This document shows, in pieces, positions 63,354 to 64,000 of a stretch of 64,000 nucleotides of DNA (positions within the stretch are counted from its first letter, which is position 1; every line of letters starts with the position of its first letter). Position numbers and translations under genes: made by a program. Below the pieces are notes generated by a model. It was not told the origin of the DNA. It ran no database searches and saw only the letters and a program-made list of their open reading frames with translations. This stretch comes from Candidatus Bathyarchaeota archaeon (GTDB lineage: Archaea; Thermoproteota; Bathyarchaeia; TCS64), in the NCBI GenBank assembly GCA_963769425.1, contig CAVYLP010000003.1, positions 64,001-128,000 of the forward strand, given 5' to 3'.

Positions 63354-63428
63354 GGGCGCGTAGATTAGTAGTAGATCGCCTGCCTCGCACGCAGGAGGTC
63401 AGGGGTTCAATTCCCCTCGCGTCCACCA
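63354..63428 (+). tRNA. tRNA-Ala(CGC), CCA encoded
   Basis: Acceptor GGGCGCG/CGCGTCC with G3:U70, anticodon arm CCTGC-CTCGCAC-GCAGG. Confidence 0.93.
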
Positions 63429-63481
63429 CTTTTTGGCCAAGATTTATTGTCACCAAAATTACTTGTTTGTATAGTGTCTCT

Positions 63482-63724
63482 ATGGTTGAGCTTCGCAAGT
63501 TCACGATCGATGAGTTGAAACAATACGATGGTAGGAAGGGTAGGCCGGCGTACATCGCATTTAGGGGCAAGGTCTACGACGTGACCGACAACTACACGTG
63601 GGGTGATGGAAACCACTACGGCGAGCATCAGGCCGGAGGCGACACCACAGACGGGATCACGGATGCGCCACACGGCGACGAGAAACTCGAAGCAACAGTC
63701 TTGATCGGTGAATTGGTGAAGTAG
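63482..63724 (+). CDS. Cytochrome b5-like heme/steroid-binding protein
   Basis: FTIDELKQYDG, YIAFRGKVYDVT, W..G.H, HQAG.D, APH. Confidence 0.85.
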   Translation: MVELRKFTIDELKQYDGRKGRPAYIAFRGKVYDVTDNYTWGDGNHYGEHQAGGDTTDGITDAPHGDEKLEATVLIGELVK

Positions 63725-63770
63725 CGAGGGGCAACAGTGTAGTATATAGTGGGTGACACCACCATTAATA

Positions 63771-63789
63771 TATCCCCTCCCCCCGGATA
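63771..63789. promoter_or_regulatory. Candidate CsoR/RcnR operator
   Basis: TATCC-CCTCCCCCC-GGATA: inverted repeat around a C-tract, 7 bp upstream of the csoR-like ATG. Confidence 0.55.
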
Positions 63790-63796
63790 GGATGCC

Positions 63797-64000
63797 ATGT
63801 CGACCATTCACAAGCAGCGGAAGAACGCCCGGGACAGGCTCGTCAGGGCCGAGGGCCACCTCCACGGCATCATAAAGATGATAGACGAGGACAAGGAGTG
63901 CCCCGACATCCTCATACAGATAGCCGCCGTCAAGGCCGCACTAAACAAGGCGGGCGAGGTAATCCTCGAGGACCACCTCGAACACTGCCTCGTCGAGGCC
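63797..64000 (+). CDS. CsoR/RcnR-family metal-sensing repressor, 3'-truncated by window edge
   Basis: RLVRAEGHLHGIIKMI..ECPDILIQIAAV..AL..LEDHLEHC; not in the ORF track. Confidence 0.9.
   Translation, partial: MSTIHKQRKNARDRLVRAEGHLHGIIKMIDEDKECPDILIQIAAVKAALNKAGEVILEDHLEHCLVEA

Noticed and set aside
51291-63428. Integrated provirus between tRNA genes
   Set aside because: No integrase, att repeats or viral genes; contents are housekeeping.

Overview
Archaeal chromosomal segment. Markers are an HMf-type histone, rpS17e, UPF0147, a proteasome beta subunit, XPB/Bax1, geranylgeranyl reductase and archaeal-type tRNA-Asp/Ser/Ala. The gene repertoire suggests Bathyarchaeia (inference). The right half is mostly housekeeping and metabolic (leuACDB, ABC exporters, nadM, rtcA, SerK-like kinase). 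The left ~24 kb is accessory and has four blocks. (i) An uncharacterised six-gene cluster (1967-8142) encodes a GlmL/MutL-like ASKHA ATPase, a barrel-sandwich/KOW protein and four membrane proteins. It has no B12 mutase nearby and sits among an M29 peptidase, a D-aminoacylase-like amidohydrolase, a DUF4438-like protein and two ACT-domain paralogs. This is the best candidate for an undescribed system, possibly a non-ABC ATP-powered amino-acid/peptide transporter. (ii) An internally deleted IS5-family element with perfect ends lies next to katG/perR. (iii) A Mop-type molybdoenzyme is co-oriented with a cysteine desulfurase and an atypical IscU-like gene. (iv) A structured non-coding repeat locus (CAAC..TATA boxes on both strands around a 10-bp array) precedes a tandem AbrB-like gene and is flanked by copies of a small 'MRSYIFTE' protein family. 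Many genes carry single-base indels, most likely long-read assembly errors, which also create false fusions in the ORF track. All family calls are from motif recognition by eye; no searches were run.
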